A stretch of 63,883 nt of DNA, counting the filler, from Phoronis australis (taxonomy: Eukaryota; Animalia; Phoronida), in the NCBI GenBank assembly GCA_002633005.1. It is 8 parts of 8 records of this genome, joined end to end, with 100 filler letters (N's around TTAATTAATTAA, not from the genome) between each part and the next. Parts side by side here need not be neighbours in the genome. Positions count along the whole stretch, not along the records: positions 1 to 18,537 come from NMRA01001463.1; positions 18,638 to 35,455 come from NMRA01001288.1; 6 more parts are not named here. One strand, written 5' to 3'. The position numbers and the translations under genes are program-made. Positions 13,291 to 25,753 of this stretch are shown piece by piece (position 1 is the stretch's first letter; the number at the start of each line of letters is the position of its first letter). The notes beneath the pieces are model-generated. The model worked only from the letters and a program-made list of their open reading frames with translations. It did not search any database and was not told where the DNA came from.

Positions 13291-16200
13291 TATAACGAAA
13301 CAACAGGTTTGCTTTTTTCAATGCTTCAGGTTTCTAACTCCAACAACGTTAGCCTTGTTGGTCATTTGAATCCTAGTGCATGTGATGTGCAGATGTGACT
13401 TACAAGAAGAAAAGGGTCTTGTTCTTTAATACTTTTATTACTATGAAACTGCTGAGGTAAAATACTTAGAACACATATTTATTATATAAATAAAAACTAA
13501 GCAAATAACTATTTTTTACAAAACTGTCTCCGGCTTGTTAGAGGCCTGGCAGCTTCACACAGTCTTATGCTTCACTCCCTTTTGGCATCATTTAGGAAAC
13601 CTGGTGTCTATCTCTTTTACTATAAAGTTTGCATTAGCATTACTGTGCTCCTTATTCACCGTGGTCGCGAAAATCGTTAGAGCCACATGGATGAACAGGA
13701 ACATGAGTTGCGTTGATAAATTTATTTCATTTGTAAACTTGTATAGTTGCTCGGTTCAACTGTAACATACAAAAAACCTTGTATGAGACAATGGAGCAAT
13801 AGGTTGGTCGTTTACAAAGTTACAGTAACAATATTTATCATTGCATACGTACTTATTCAAACGACGTCAACCTACTTAAAAGAACAGAATACGTGTTACA
13901 ATTACATCGAAGTTCAGACTATGTAACAAAACTAGTACAAAATACTTACATCAATTTGCGGCATAAATCACCACGAAACTGGAATGTACTAAACTCATCG
14001 GTAAGGACGATGAAATACGAATGAGCGCGTTACAGCTATAAACCATGGTCTGTCAAACAGTCTTACATATGCAAAATTCTATTGAAGAATTAGTCACGTG
14101 GAAAAGAGACGCGGTAGAAGCGGCGTATAAAACACATAAACCACCAACAGATGGCGAATAAAGTCAAACTAATAACACACTAGCACAATCCCTGAAATAA
14201 AACAACGCCTGCTTAGTATCACAGAGTACAAACAGACTCCACTATACATTATCCAGATAAGTTATGCATAATAAGAATTACCTAAAGACACTGTATACCA
14301 TTCCAACACGAAACTTATTTGAAATGCATAATCTGCAAGATATATAAATGTTTCATCCTTTGTCAACACAAGTATTAAAGCTCGCCGTAAAACTTCAGTT
14401 TCTTGAAATAAATATTTTCAGAAGAGACTTTTTATTCATTCCGTTTCTTCCCAAAATGTCTATTTCGTTACCATTTTAAGATTGCTAAAAGTATTTCACA
14501 ATATGTTTCAAAAAGTCTCATGAGCATCAATATTTAGGGTTTTGCCTTCTGTTTACACACAATTGACACTGATGTGAACTTTTGAACTTTGTCCCAAAGC
14601 CTCAAGATAGCGCTGATCGGTTTAGCCATTTGAAGCTTGGTTATGGGAATTACTTTCCGGGCAATGATTGACCGATGCCTTGACGTCATTGAACAAAGGC
14701 AGATTGTAATTATTTTCACATTGCAGCCATTCATGCGATAGAAAGCATTTCTATAGTTATTGTCTGAAATAAAGGTCTTACTTATTTTCAATTCTTATTT
14801 ATGAATAGTTTTAATCTGTTCTCGAATCAAAAATACATCAGTTTTGCAATATATAAGACCTACTTTGCTGCAATATATCGTTAGTTTTTATTTTTATATA
14901 AAACTGCAAAAAAATTCTGAGCCATATCATGTCCCATTACCTAGCCTCATATGGCTTAACTGATCAGCACCACCTTGAGGCTTGGAGACGAGGCTGAGTG
15001 TCCCTTATATTGTACAATGCCGCGCGTGCACAAGGTCAGCAATGTTGTCAAAGAAGTAAACACAACAAAATGGGGATTGTTCACGTTTCATAAAATCACC
15101 AATCGCGTGTTTTAGATTTTGATATTTGGGCGTATGGAGTTTCCTTGTGATACAACTAAAATGAGATCGAACATGTAAAATGTTTATATAATAAATAGAT
15201 GGAAGTTCAACTCCACTTGATACCTAGAACGGCTATGTAAACTCTGTTTACTTAACTTATTTTGTGGAGAAGTCCCTAAAAACATAATAAACATTAAATT
15301 CCATTAAAGAGCAACCCCCAAGGCACACACCTGTAGAACCTTTAGGGTCTGTCTGTGTCTCACCCTCGCAATGTTCTCAACTTTTCTACACTGGCAGGCC
15401 TTTCATGAAAACTAATGTTCAGCAGCTACTTTCACTTGCTAAGCGAGAAGTGTTCTTCCGTTATCATACTTCAAATTGTCAAATAGTCATGCCAGCGCGA
15501 AACCGGCAAATATAAACCAGACACTTGAGTTTTTTGATTACCACTGACGTCACTCACGAGGCTACACAATAAAATATAAAAGTTGGATTATAAAAATAGG
15601 TTTGCTCAAAATTTTCTCAATTTAATATGCAGGAACGAAATGAGCACCAAACAAATTTTTGAATGCCTTCTTTCACTTTATCACAGTAAACTGCCTTTGA
15701 GTGGTAATTTGCACACAAAAAATGTTGAAACCAATCAAGGTTATTTTTCACGTTCATGGCATTCGTACACATCTGGATTTTTCATAGACTAATGAGGCAA
15801 TTCCGAAGCTCTGTTTAGCTCGCCCACGAAAGGTATTGAGTGTCCATTAAATAATTTAATTTCGGTATGAATGCATTTAAACTCTGGGTTTGTAAAATAA
15901 GGTTGTTTAAAACCTAAGAATAACTAACTTAGGGTTACTGTGAAAACCGGCAGTTACCGGTAGCTAATTTCCTGCGACTAAATGTAAAGGTCTGACATCA
16001 GAAATCTCCACCAAATCCAAGTGTTCGGTTCGCTTCAAACAAGAGTAGTCCATAAAGTCAAGATCAAACACAAGGTGATAAAATGAGCTATAAGCTGAAG
16101 CAAATTACGCGTAAATGAAGTCTAAATTGCAGACATATTTCTTGATTTTGATACAGGAGTTGCTCGCACAAACTCAATATTCTATCTTCGACAGGCGTAC

Positions 16201-16931
16201 AAGTCAAAGCACAAGTAAAATCCGCCATGTTGAATATTTTGCTTCCTTGAATTCAGAGTTTTGTGTTTGCTTGTAAATTTTGTAACCAGTTCACTATACA
16301 CAACTTGGACAATTCAATGTGATTAAGAAAAGAATGCTTCTGATGTTTATCATGCAGGGATATTCCTGGATGCGAATTTGTGCTATTAATGCATACAAAA
16401 GGGCACAAGTATATTACAGTATTACCACCACCCAGGCCCATCTTTTAAGACGAACTCTTCCAAAAATGCAGGATTCTTTTAATCAACATACAGCCGTACA
16501 ACTAATGTGTAATGTGTAGGTTGCGGATTTCATTAAAATGAGTGAACAGGCCGTTAACTTTTTCAGTATTTGATCGTAAATTACCATTCCTGTTTAGAAC
16601 TTTAACATGAGCATGACTGTGTTCTAGCTTTCAATGCCATTGAGGTTTATGTTTCGTACGTTACCACGTAATCAAACCAAGTCTGCCAACACAGCTTTTT
16701 GAAGAAGGACACACATTTTTATCATCAGGGTCACTCAAATGTGGTCAGGAGTATCCATGTTTATGTAATACCTGTCTGAGGGAGGTGCACACAGGTTTGA
16801 CTTGAATTTAGAACAGTTGAAACTGGGAACCTAGGCTTGGAAAAGTTTTAGTGTCCAACCTTTATGTTTCTCATATGGTTAACTTATGGGTCATCTGGAA
16901 ATTTGCTGGCCGTGGTAGAAATCACAGGCAC

Positions 16932-18301
16932 TGTGATATAATGAGGCACTGCCTTCCACGTGCATGCGAACATGTCTTAAAATATTCCCAGGGGATGTAC
17001 AAACTTCTGTTTTGTGTTCTCCACGTGCATGCAAACATGTCTTAGTCTAGTCCCAGGGGATGTGCATACTTCTGTGGTAGTTGAGATTCCTAAAGGATGT
17101 ACATACCTCTGGAGTGGCAATTATATGGAGATTCCTCAGAGGATAGGCACATCCCTGGTGTAGCAAATCTGAGAAGAGTGGCAGTTATGCAAGAATTTTC
17201 TATAGGATAGTCAATTAGCTGGTTATAAGAGAGATGTACTAAAAGAGGTGGGACCATAACGTGATGGCTCAAAAGGTATTATTTAAGACACTAACAGAAG
17301 CAGACCAACCAGACCGCACCAAACAGGCCAACTTGAGTCTTCGAAAACTGCGAAGTCACGATCTCCAGACAGTGAACGGCAGAGACGAGAACCAGGACCG
17401 GACGGAAAACCCACGAATCAAGTCTAAAGTATATACATGTAAGTGAGGAAAAGACATTTAACGAAGGTGTTGGTCTCAGCCTGTTAGTCAATTCGAACCA
17501 ATCAAGCGATTGTTCTAGAGGGTTAGTTCTGTTGCAACTTGTAATGTGTTTGCATGTGCGGTTGCTACTGGTAACTAGTGACATTATTGTTTAGTACTTT
17601 CTCTAGCAGTGATATCTCGTCTCATTCAGTTAGTCGTCAGTCTCGCAACTTATTGTAAAATATTGTTTGTAAATCACAACGCTGCAAATTAATAGACGTA
17701 TTTTATTGGTTGAGGTATTCGTGTGTAGTTTTAATTACTACCACGTGCGCGCCATCTGTCGGCCGCAACACGAATCATTACACCACACGAGTTCTTTTTG
17801 GTGCCTTGCATCCGGATTTAAGTTACCCGGTGTTTGTGTTTTGAGTCTGACTTTCTCGTGAACGAGACGAAATATCTGAATAGTTTAGAAGTTAGCATAA
17901 TCTGATCACTGAGCAGTATGGCACATCAGCAACAAGCTACTGTAGATTTAGCCGAATTTTTAACGGGACTTGCTGGTAATTTAACCAGAGATGTTACCGA
18001 TGCTATGAATTCCATGAGCGAAACGTCACTGGCGTCAAATATCCTCGTTTTCTCAGGAGATGTTCATGGGTTTCGAGCCTGGGTGAGCGAGATAGAAAAG
18101 AGGGCTGTAATTTTTCCCAATATGGATCCCAGGAAACAAATCTTAATTGCATATCAAAGATCAGGGGGAGAAGTTTCGGCATTCATTAAACGTTACATGG
18201 CAGACCACCCACAATGCACGTATGAGCAGTTAAAAGCAGAACTTAAGTTGCGCTTTGCCCCTATCACTGACAAAAGTATTTGGTCGATTAAAATCAATTA
18301 A
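16932..18301 (+). mobile_element. Truncated LTR retrotransposon (Gypsy-like): putative 5' LTR ~16932-17787, PBS ~17799-17817, gag fragment
   Basis: TGT...ACA-bounded ~860-bp segment with an internal 65-bp direct repeat (16955/17020), followed by TGGTGCCTTGCATCCGGAT (resembles a tRNA-His primer-binding site) and a gag-like ORF 100 bp later. The LTR 5' boundary is a best guess; no pol or 3' LTR seen. Confidence 0.65.
17918..18301 (+). pseudogene. Retrotransposon Gag (capsid) N-terminal fragment
   Basis: 127-aa ORF with FSGDVHGFRAWVSEIE...TYEQLKAELKLRF, matching the FxG...FxxW and (W/Y)xxLKxxLxxRF motifs of retrotransposon Gag; ends abruptly in AT-rich sequence. Confidence 0.7.
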
Positions 18302-18537
18302 AGTCACTATTTCCTTTACTTTCGCCTGCTTAGATCACAAATTGAGCTTTGCCAATCGAAAGATATCACTAAAATTAACTCTTTTCGTAAATTAAAGCCA
18401 TGTACATACTCTCGTTATTTTACTATTAATTTTTTTTAAATTTATAAAAAGTGGGCGGACATTCAGCCAAACCTCATTATTTATGCGGGGTTGCCAGTGG
18501 AGAGATTACCCATAATGCACACGAATCAGCTGACGGA

Positions 18538-18637
18538 NNNNNNNNNNNNNNNNNNNNNNNNNNNNNNNNNNNNNNNNNNNNTTAATTAATTAANNNNNNN
18601 NNNNNNNNNNNNNNNNNNNNNNNNNNNNNNNNNNNNN
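18538..18637. other. Artificial contig spacer (44 N + TTAATTAATTAA + 44 N); identical spacers at 35456-35555, 39940-40039, 45750-45849, 53403-53502, 59855-59954, 62584-62683
   Basis: Seven identical 100-nt blocks; the palindromic 12-mer places stop codons in all six frames. Confidence 0.97.
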
Positions 18638-18954
18638 GATGAAAAAACAGAAGCTGCTGGTAAGATGTGAATTTTAATCGAAGCCTTAGTGAATCACTCA
18701 GAAACTCGCAATACTCTCTTTGTCAAACCTTATCTTAAGACGGTTTCCAAACCAATCCCGTCATTATTGCCAACACGAAAAATGGATTTGGTCTTTTGGG
18801 CATTTAAAGACTATTTCAAATACGACAAATTTGTTAATAATTGATGGCACAAAATATAAAACGTGTAATAAGCATTACAAAAAGAAGTAGGTTTCGCGCG
18901 CAAACGCTGTGGCCCATAAACAAGTAAATCTTTTAGTATAACAGTTATAGCTAA

Positions 18955-19020
18955 ATCGTGGTGGTGTAGTGGTAACGTGCGGGCTCTTTCCGCCAGGTCA
19001 TGAGTTCGAGTCATGGAGAC
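18955..19020 (+). repeat. tRNA-derived (SINE head or tRNA pseudogene) fragment
   Basis: A-box-like TGGTGTAGTGG and B-box-like GAGTTCGAGTC at tRNA-like spacing; no complete cloverleaf. A similar head lies on the minus strand at ~30765-30845. Confidence 0.45.
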
Positions 19021-19284
19021 GTGCATTTTTTTCCTGTTTGATACGTTCTCTGTGTTTTTTTTGCCTTTTTTTCTTGGATAATACTTCAAGAATCAAGGAA
19101 AATGCTTGATTTTTAGAGGTAAAAACAGGGCAAACGCCCCTCCCGACCTCCCCCCATTGGGTGCTATGCGCATCTACAATCGTGGTTCACTTTGCGCAAA
19201 TGCTTCCAGCCGGACAAAATGTTGGGCCCCCCCCTTGTGATATCCTAGATCCGCCACTGTCATGACATGTGCCTCTATACACCG

Positions 19285-20173
19285 TAGCCAGCCAGCTAGC
19301 TGTATGAAGACTGTCGTCAAAATACAGCTAGGTCCCACTGCGTGTATTTCTTCCGTAGACCCCGAAATTGCACACAGCCAGGGTAGTTCTGTTCGTCGCC
19401 GCGCAGTGAAGCTTGTATCAACATGTAAAGCTAAAGACCGGACGGTGTGCATGCAAAATCTGGGAATCAACCGACACTCACCTTGCCCGTTACAGCCGTT
19501 TAAGTGAAAAACAATGCAATAAACGTCATTTTCAACAGTGAAAAGTATGTCGTCGTTTTGAAAACAATACGCTCGTGTCACGCGCACGCGCCATTTCCTA
19601 AATTTTCGCGACAACTTCGGAGAAGCAAAATTTGTTCTGAAATTCGATTTTTCGGTACCAAAATTCTAAAAACTTTTAATGAAGTGAAACCGGGCGTGCG
19701 TTCAGTAGACGCTAGGACCTACGCTAGGACCTAGCTAAAACCTAGTCAAAGTCACGTGCTCTCCTTTAACATGCACGGCTATATCTCACGTGATCTCGCG
19801 AAGTCTTGCTTTTTACGAGGTCCTAGCGTTACTGAACGGGAAGCGGTTCTGCCATAATTTGTTGTGATGTGTACGCAACCTCGTGAAAGAACAACAGTTG
19901 ATTGGAGAATCGGCGAAAAAAGAACCTGGCCAATAGTTGACGCAATATTTCATGGCGCCGAAAGCCGTCGCTAATTAAAGATCGCTCCACAACTCTGAGT
20001 AGCAGCAGAATAACGGTAACGCCATTTTTGCCAACACCGTCAAATAATTTAATTTACGCAAGGAAGGCTGTAGTTTTTAATGACACTAATTTTGTGTCAG
20101 ATTTTATCTTACCACTTTTTTACCCGCATCGGTGCAAAGCTGTGTTATATACAGCTTTGTACCAACTAGGCTT
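19285..20173 (+). mobile_element. Academ-like (AcademH-type) non-autonomous DNA transposon, copy 1
   Basis: Starts TAGCCAGCCAGCTAGCTGTAT, ends ATACAGCTTTGTACCA..AGGCT; flanked by TACACCG on both sides; highly similar to 32738-33493 and, inverted and more diverged, to 56835-57280. Confidence 0.75.
19694..19843. mobile_element. 150-bp MITE (PIF/Harbinger-like) nested in the Academ-like element
   Basis: TIR CGTTCAGTAGACGCTAGGACCT ... AGGTCCTAGCGTTACTGAACG with CGG duplicated on both sides; the paralogous copy at ~33170-33190 shows the empty site (GTGAAACCAGTTC). Confidence 0.75.
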
Positions 20174-20602
20174 TACACCGCAGCTAGCGGCGCCGTCAGT
20201 GATTCCCGGTAGGGTCCCCGGCCGCGGGGGTGAGGGTTCCACCCTTATGTCGGTGCGTACAAAGAATGACAATGTATGTCGTGGTTTGTTAACTAATTTT
20301 GTCGGATAATCGCTCAAGAGTCTAGCTTTATGAACAAAAATATCAACATGTTAAAATGAAGCAAAAACAGTGAAATTTGGCTTCGTTGCCGAGTGACAAC
20401 AGTCGAGCAGGCTGACGGAAATTTACGGTGCAAACTCTCGCAGCTAGTCTCGGGTCGCAAGCATTACAGGGCTTGGGTTCTATGTGGGGTTAATTCCATT
20501 GTGTTCACCACAATTTTGTGAGATAAATATAGCTCATTGGTTCACCAAGATAAATTTTTGGTGTTCGCCAGTTTCTGGATGCGAGACTATTTTTGCTTAT
20601 TT

Positions 20603-20647
20603 CGCCACCTGGTGACCGTTTCATGAGGTCATGTGACTGATCATGTG
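20603..20647 (+). promoter_or_regulatory. Putative LRMDA proximal promoter: CTCF-like site plus tandem M-box/CLEAR-like E-boxes
   Basis: CGCCACCTGGTGACC (20603-20617), GTCATGTGAC (20628-20637) and TCATGTG (20641-20647), 75-120 bp upstream of the ATG at 20723. Motif match only. Confidence 0.45.
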
Positions 20648-20722
20648 CACGCTCATGCGCGACAGGAGTTTTGGGAAATCCGAAGCAGTGATAACGAGTG
20701 GAGAATAAATAATGTTTTCAGT

Positions 20723-23700
20723 ATGGAAAACGGAGAATCAGAGGCTGTTTTTGTGAACAAAGAGGTACATGGACATTTTATTGTGTAATGTTTTTACTGG
20801 GTTGATGAGGACGCTGTCTTTCTGTTGATTCCTGACAGGCCATACTTGTTTAGCTTGTTCATAATACCGCCCCGGTTATCAACATTAGATTAGGCCTACT
20901 ACTACTAGTACTACTCTTTGTATAAGTACCATGATGGCATGATGACTAAGTTATGAGTACCTATTCAAACTGGTGTTGTATTTCAAGCTGATATGAATGC
21001 TTTTTCCGTCCAGCAAATTACGGTTGAGTCAGACCATCAACTGAGTGGTGCTCAGTCCCTTACAGTTACATGCAGTGACTTATCTTGAAAACTAGTAGCC
21101 TTGGTGGCGGTGCAAAGCTGTATGGGACTGGGCATGCATTGCGTAGACGTGAGAATCTCACCAAAATGCAAGATCACTGCAAGACTTCATGAAATTTTAC
21201 CATGTATTACAAGCAAATCACTTAATCACACCAGCCTCTTTTCCGGGGATTCTTGTATCTATGGAACTCCACCCAGTTTTAATAATCATGTGTTATTTAC
21301 GAGAATATGATGTTTTAATGCAGCTTTGTGTGGTTCTGCATTTAACTTATTAAATGAGGCAGCTGTGATTTCAGCTATCCTTTATTGGGCAAAATATAAC
21401 TGCCATTCCTGAGGACTTGTGGCAAAACTATGGATCAGACACACGGAGACTAGATCTGAGCTTCAACTCGTTGAGGTGAGAGTTTCTGATGAGGATGATT
21501 TTCTTGTTTAAGTATGTCACATTCTGTATCAATGCGTTGAATAATTGTGGGTGCTTAAGTAAAGGGAAATTTAAATCAGGTCAGAGATCTCTAGTTTGCG
21601 AAAACAGCCTTTGACGAAAAATGACACTTTTCATTTAATGCTGGTCGATGCATTGCATTTTGTCTCTTGATTGATAGACTTGTGTCTAGCATTGTGATGT
21701 TTCTAGGTATGCACCCCAATGATGAGGCATGTCTCGAAATAGCGCTACATTTGTCTGGCATTTGATTTTGTTTTATCAAGATTTACTTGCGTAAGCCTGA
21801 GGTCAACAAAATTGTTCCATGTTATCTAGAAAGAACAGACATATTGAAACAGTACTGACCAAATTCATGTTTAATAAGTTCTGCTCATTGTAGCAGATCC
21901 AAGAATTTGAATTAGGGGACAGCCAGGCTCACATATACCTAACGGGTATGTTAATTCAACATGGTATAAAGAAGTGTTTATCTCCGTGAAATATATGGAA
22001 AAGGCATAAAACAACTCGAGCAGCACTAGGTTAACCACTGAAGTAGCATTTAGACTACTTGTAATTAATGTACAGCTTAGATGGGGGCGTTCACAAGTGA
22101 CCCCCACCTCATAACCACAGGTGCATCGAAAGTTTTGGTCGCTCTAAAGAAACTCAAAATTGGTGCAGACCATGATGGTAACATGAAACTTGTGGTGATG
22201 GCAGGATTTAAGGAATTGTGGCCATTGGGTGCGGGTAGGGTTAAAACATTGTGAACAGGGGAGGTCAATTTACCAGCTGGGCATTGTTCTTGGGACAAAG
22301 CCATACAGTCAAATTTCTAGTGACCAAACTAACAACAATTTTGTAGAATTATAGAAAATCATGCCAGCTATATTTTCTTTCCATTTCAATGCAGTATGCC
22401 TGTTTTTTACAGGTCACTTGATGGTCTGGAAAATTTTCCAAAGTTGGAAGAGCTGATTTTGGACAGCAATGCGTTGGATGAGAGAGTTTCATTCCCTCAA
22501 CTGCACAGATTACACACATTGTTTCTTAACAAAAACCAAGTATCCTTACATTTGTTCAAATAATTTCTAGACTTTGAAAAGACCAGTGTGCCATGAAATG
22601 TATTTCAAGTGTTGGACTTTACGCAGCTAAAGTAAATCGCTCACCCAAAGTGCTGACTGTGAAAGCCCCTCCAGTGCACAATTAGCCAACATGAGGGTTA
22701 AATGAAAGTCATCCATTAAATGTTAATGATGTGAAACTTGATGTAGCCGAACATACATAGTTAATAATAGTCTATACCTGTAGGCAGCATTTCTCTTTAA
22801 AACCGCTCACCATGTTCATCTCACTAAATTTTCAGTTTTAAACACTGTTCTTGGCATAGCGCCCACGTCCAGTTTATACAGTCCAGACATTCTTGAAAAA
22901 GCCAAACAGTCTTTCAGTGTCAATTTTTTTGAAATTTACTTCATAGACTTGTCAACTGACATGTTACAAATAACTCTGTTGACCCTCAAACGAAAGATAG
23001 ATATGTGACAACAGGTATCTTGTGAACTTGTGAAGCTTTAAGTGCCATTTCCTTATTAAATCTCAGATTTATGATATTGATCCTCTAATAGAAACAATCA
23101 TCAACCAAATCCCAAATCTGACGTACTTAAGTCTTCTGGGCAATGTTGCCTGCCCGAACCAGTTGTCATGTTCTGACAAAGACGAGGAGGATTATCAACG
23201 CTACAGGTAACTCTGCACTATTTTACATGACTAAGAAAGTAAATATAGAATGTTGCCTCAGAAAGGAAATGTGACCTGCTCTTTGACATCTAAAGTACAA
23301 TAGTTTAACGATATTTTGTTTGATATCAATTTTAAAATTCTAATATTTTAGCTCGTAGTGTTCACTTTTCAGTTTTTATCATGTGAGATATCTAGACTTC
23401 TCGTCTCTGGTCATTTGCTGTTTCTAATTACCGGGTAGTGGAAATATGAGAGCAGTTGTGCAGCCTGGCTTGGCGGGGAAAAGCTGGCCCCAAAACTAAA
23501 TCTGTAACTCAAACTTCAAGCCAGGTGTTATCTACACCATTTGTTATAAGCTAAACTCAAGAAAAGTGTAATTTCATTTTTTACTCAGTCATTAGTATAT
23601 TGCAGCTTGAGTAAATGAGTATGTACTCATTTTTTGTCCTTGATGACAAATCAGGATCAAGCTACAGACTCTAGTTCAAACTCAGATTTATATGGCTTTA

Positions 23701-25753
23701 ATTTTGGGGTCACCAAGTTGGATTTTTTACTCCTCTGCATAAATGTACCCGGGCATAATCAAAAAGACACTTGAATGAATGTGAAAACGGAAAACAGAAA
23801 ACTGCAAAACTATACAGTTTACTTGATATTTGACTTTGGATTTCAATTCTTGTTAAAATGACTGAAGGATAGGTCTGTATAATATTGCCGATGTTACTCT
23901 GTGTTAGGTACTATGTACTCTTCAAGCTGCCTCAGTTGAAGTTTCTTGATTCATCACCAGTGAAAGATACTGAAAGACAAGAAGCAAAAATGCGAGGACA
24001 GTTTCTGAAAGTAGCAAGACCATTGGAGGTATGAAAACATGGGTTATAGTCTACCCACTGGGAGGTGTAGTTGTAGCACTTCTAAATGGTGGTTTATAGA
24101 CTCCAAGCTTCACTTACAGAATGTTCATGGGATGTGCCAAGAGATTTCTTGAATAAACGTCTTGAGGCTTAGCAGTTAATATATGATTGTGTTAATGAGA
24201 AGACAGCTGTCTGTTTTCAGCTAAGTCTATAACACATTTGGCACCTTTCTAATTAACTGAAGAGCCATTGAATATTTCTCTACCTAGATTCTTCTCAGTC
24301 TGCAAATCGGTAGTTTGAATTTAGAATTTTTGACTTGATTTAGGTGTCTTTGTATGCTGTTTCAAGAGAGCTATTGCAATGTAGAATTATATTATATTAT
24401 GATACGATTTTGGGTTGCAAACGGTGTTGGTGGTTATCATTGCCATCTACCAGCCTTCCGGAGTATGTCAGTCTTCAGACATACCTGTTTTCTTAAAACG
24501 GTGTTTTTGCAATTTCATTAAAGCTACATTTGTTTGGCTTATTTTGCTGTCATGCCCAACCTTTGTTTTGATGTAAATTGATGCAGTTTCTGTCGATTTG
24601 GTGAATGTTTATTCTAGGCTGTTTTGCCTATCTTCATTTTGGTGGCAACATTGTTAAAAAATTTATATCTGAGTAAAGAACCTGATGTTAATTGTCCGTG
24701 TCTGAGAAATAAACATTCTTCTTATGCAACTAAAAAAATTTTGCCAACCTTTCTAATGTGCACAACCTCTACTTACACGAACGTGGGCTGTTGCCACATT
24801 GCTGTTTTTATTAACTGTGTTGACTTCAACACTTATTCAGGCTCAATCCATCAAAGTGACTGATGAGAGTATTGGTAAATACACACCCTTACCAAATGAA
24901 GTGCAGGAAGACGGTGCTCACGCAGGTATCTATCTCCATGGCGTTGTCTTCACAAACTGAGTGCTTATTTATGTCCAAAAGGTGGCGCTCACCATACATT
25001 CTTGTTTATGGCACATCACATTTATCAAATCGCAAAAAATTAGGTGAGATGTGGCAAGATTTTTTGGCCTATGGTGTGATCTATTTCGTGAGAAATAAGT
25101 GCTTCTGTAAAACTTTGCATGAATTGAGAGTAATTTTTCAGAAAAAAATGTATGATTGAAGGTTATAAGACAGTGTTCTTGATGTTACATCATGAACTCA
25201 ATTATTTATGCATGTAAACAGACGGCATGCAGGTTTTCATGGTGAGGATCTTTTCTAGAAAGAGACATCTTTCTCTCTAAAACAGATAATCATTGTGTAA
25301 TTGGGCCCTTGTAACTAAGAATGATTGGCTGTGAATTCTGCTAGTCCAACCAGTGGAACTGAACTACACCTGTGCCTCCATACCAGTGAGATAATGCACC
25401 CTAAAGTTGACAGCTGAGTGCTGCATTCAGTTGAAGCTGTCATAAAACACAAAGTTACATGACTGAGCAGAGCATGATCATATAATCTCTGGTCTTTGCA
25501 TTGATATATTGACTTGGTGTGCAGTATACGTGCAAACTATGTGAGATCAACGCATTTTGTAACAAGTTTAGTTTTATGGTGTTAAGTGTTGGTTTTGTGT
25601 CTTGCCGCAAGGTATCAGCTCAGAACTTCTTAACTTCGGCATTTCCTTTTTTACCTAGATTTTTTTCTTACAGGAACTTTTGGCGTCACAAAGTATGTCT
25701 ATTATGGAAAGCACTCTGAGGGAAACAGATTCATTAGGAACAATGACTTGTGA
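20723..25753 (+). CDS. LRMDA: Leucine-rich melanocyte differentiation-associated protein (LRMDA/C10orf11) orthologue, 231 aa, 7 coding exons
   Basis: Exons 20723-20764, 21375-21475, 22413-22539, 23067-23206, 23908-24028, 24841-24925, 25674-25753 join in phase (696 nt) with GT-AG ends. Protein has [57 protein letters not shown], YTPLP and YVYYGKHSEGNRFIRNNDL*, matching vertebrate LRMDA. Confidence 0.93.
22540..23066 (+). other. U12-type (minor spliceosome) GT-AG intron, LRMDA intron 3
   Basis: 5' end GTATCCTTAC (U12 donor consensus RTATCCTT); branch-like TTTCCTTATT at 23048-23057 directly before the terminal CAG; no polypyrimidine tract. Confidence 0.85.

Noticed and set aside
18582-18593. 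Recurrent TTAATTAATTAA palindrome as a biological motif
   Set aside because: Always centred in N runs; an assembly linker.
20445-20589. TAGTCTCG...CGAGACTA mini inverted-repeat element before the LRMDA promoter
   Set aside because: Only 8 bp of TIR and no TSD; plausible old MITE but not supportable.
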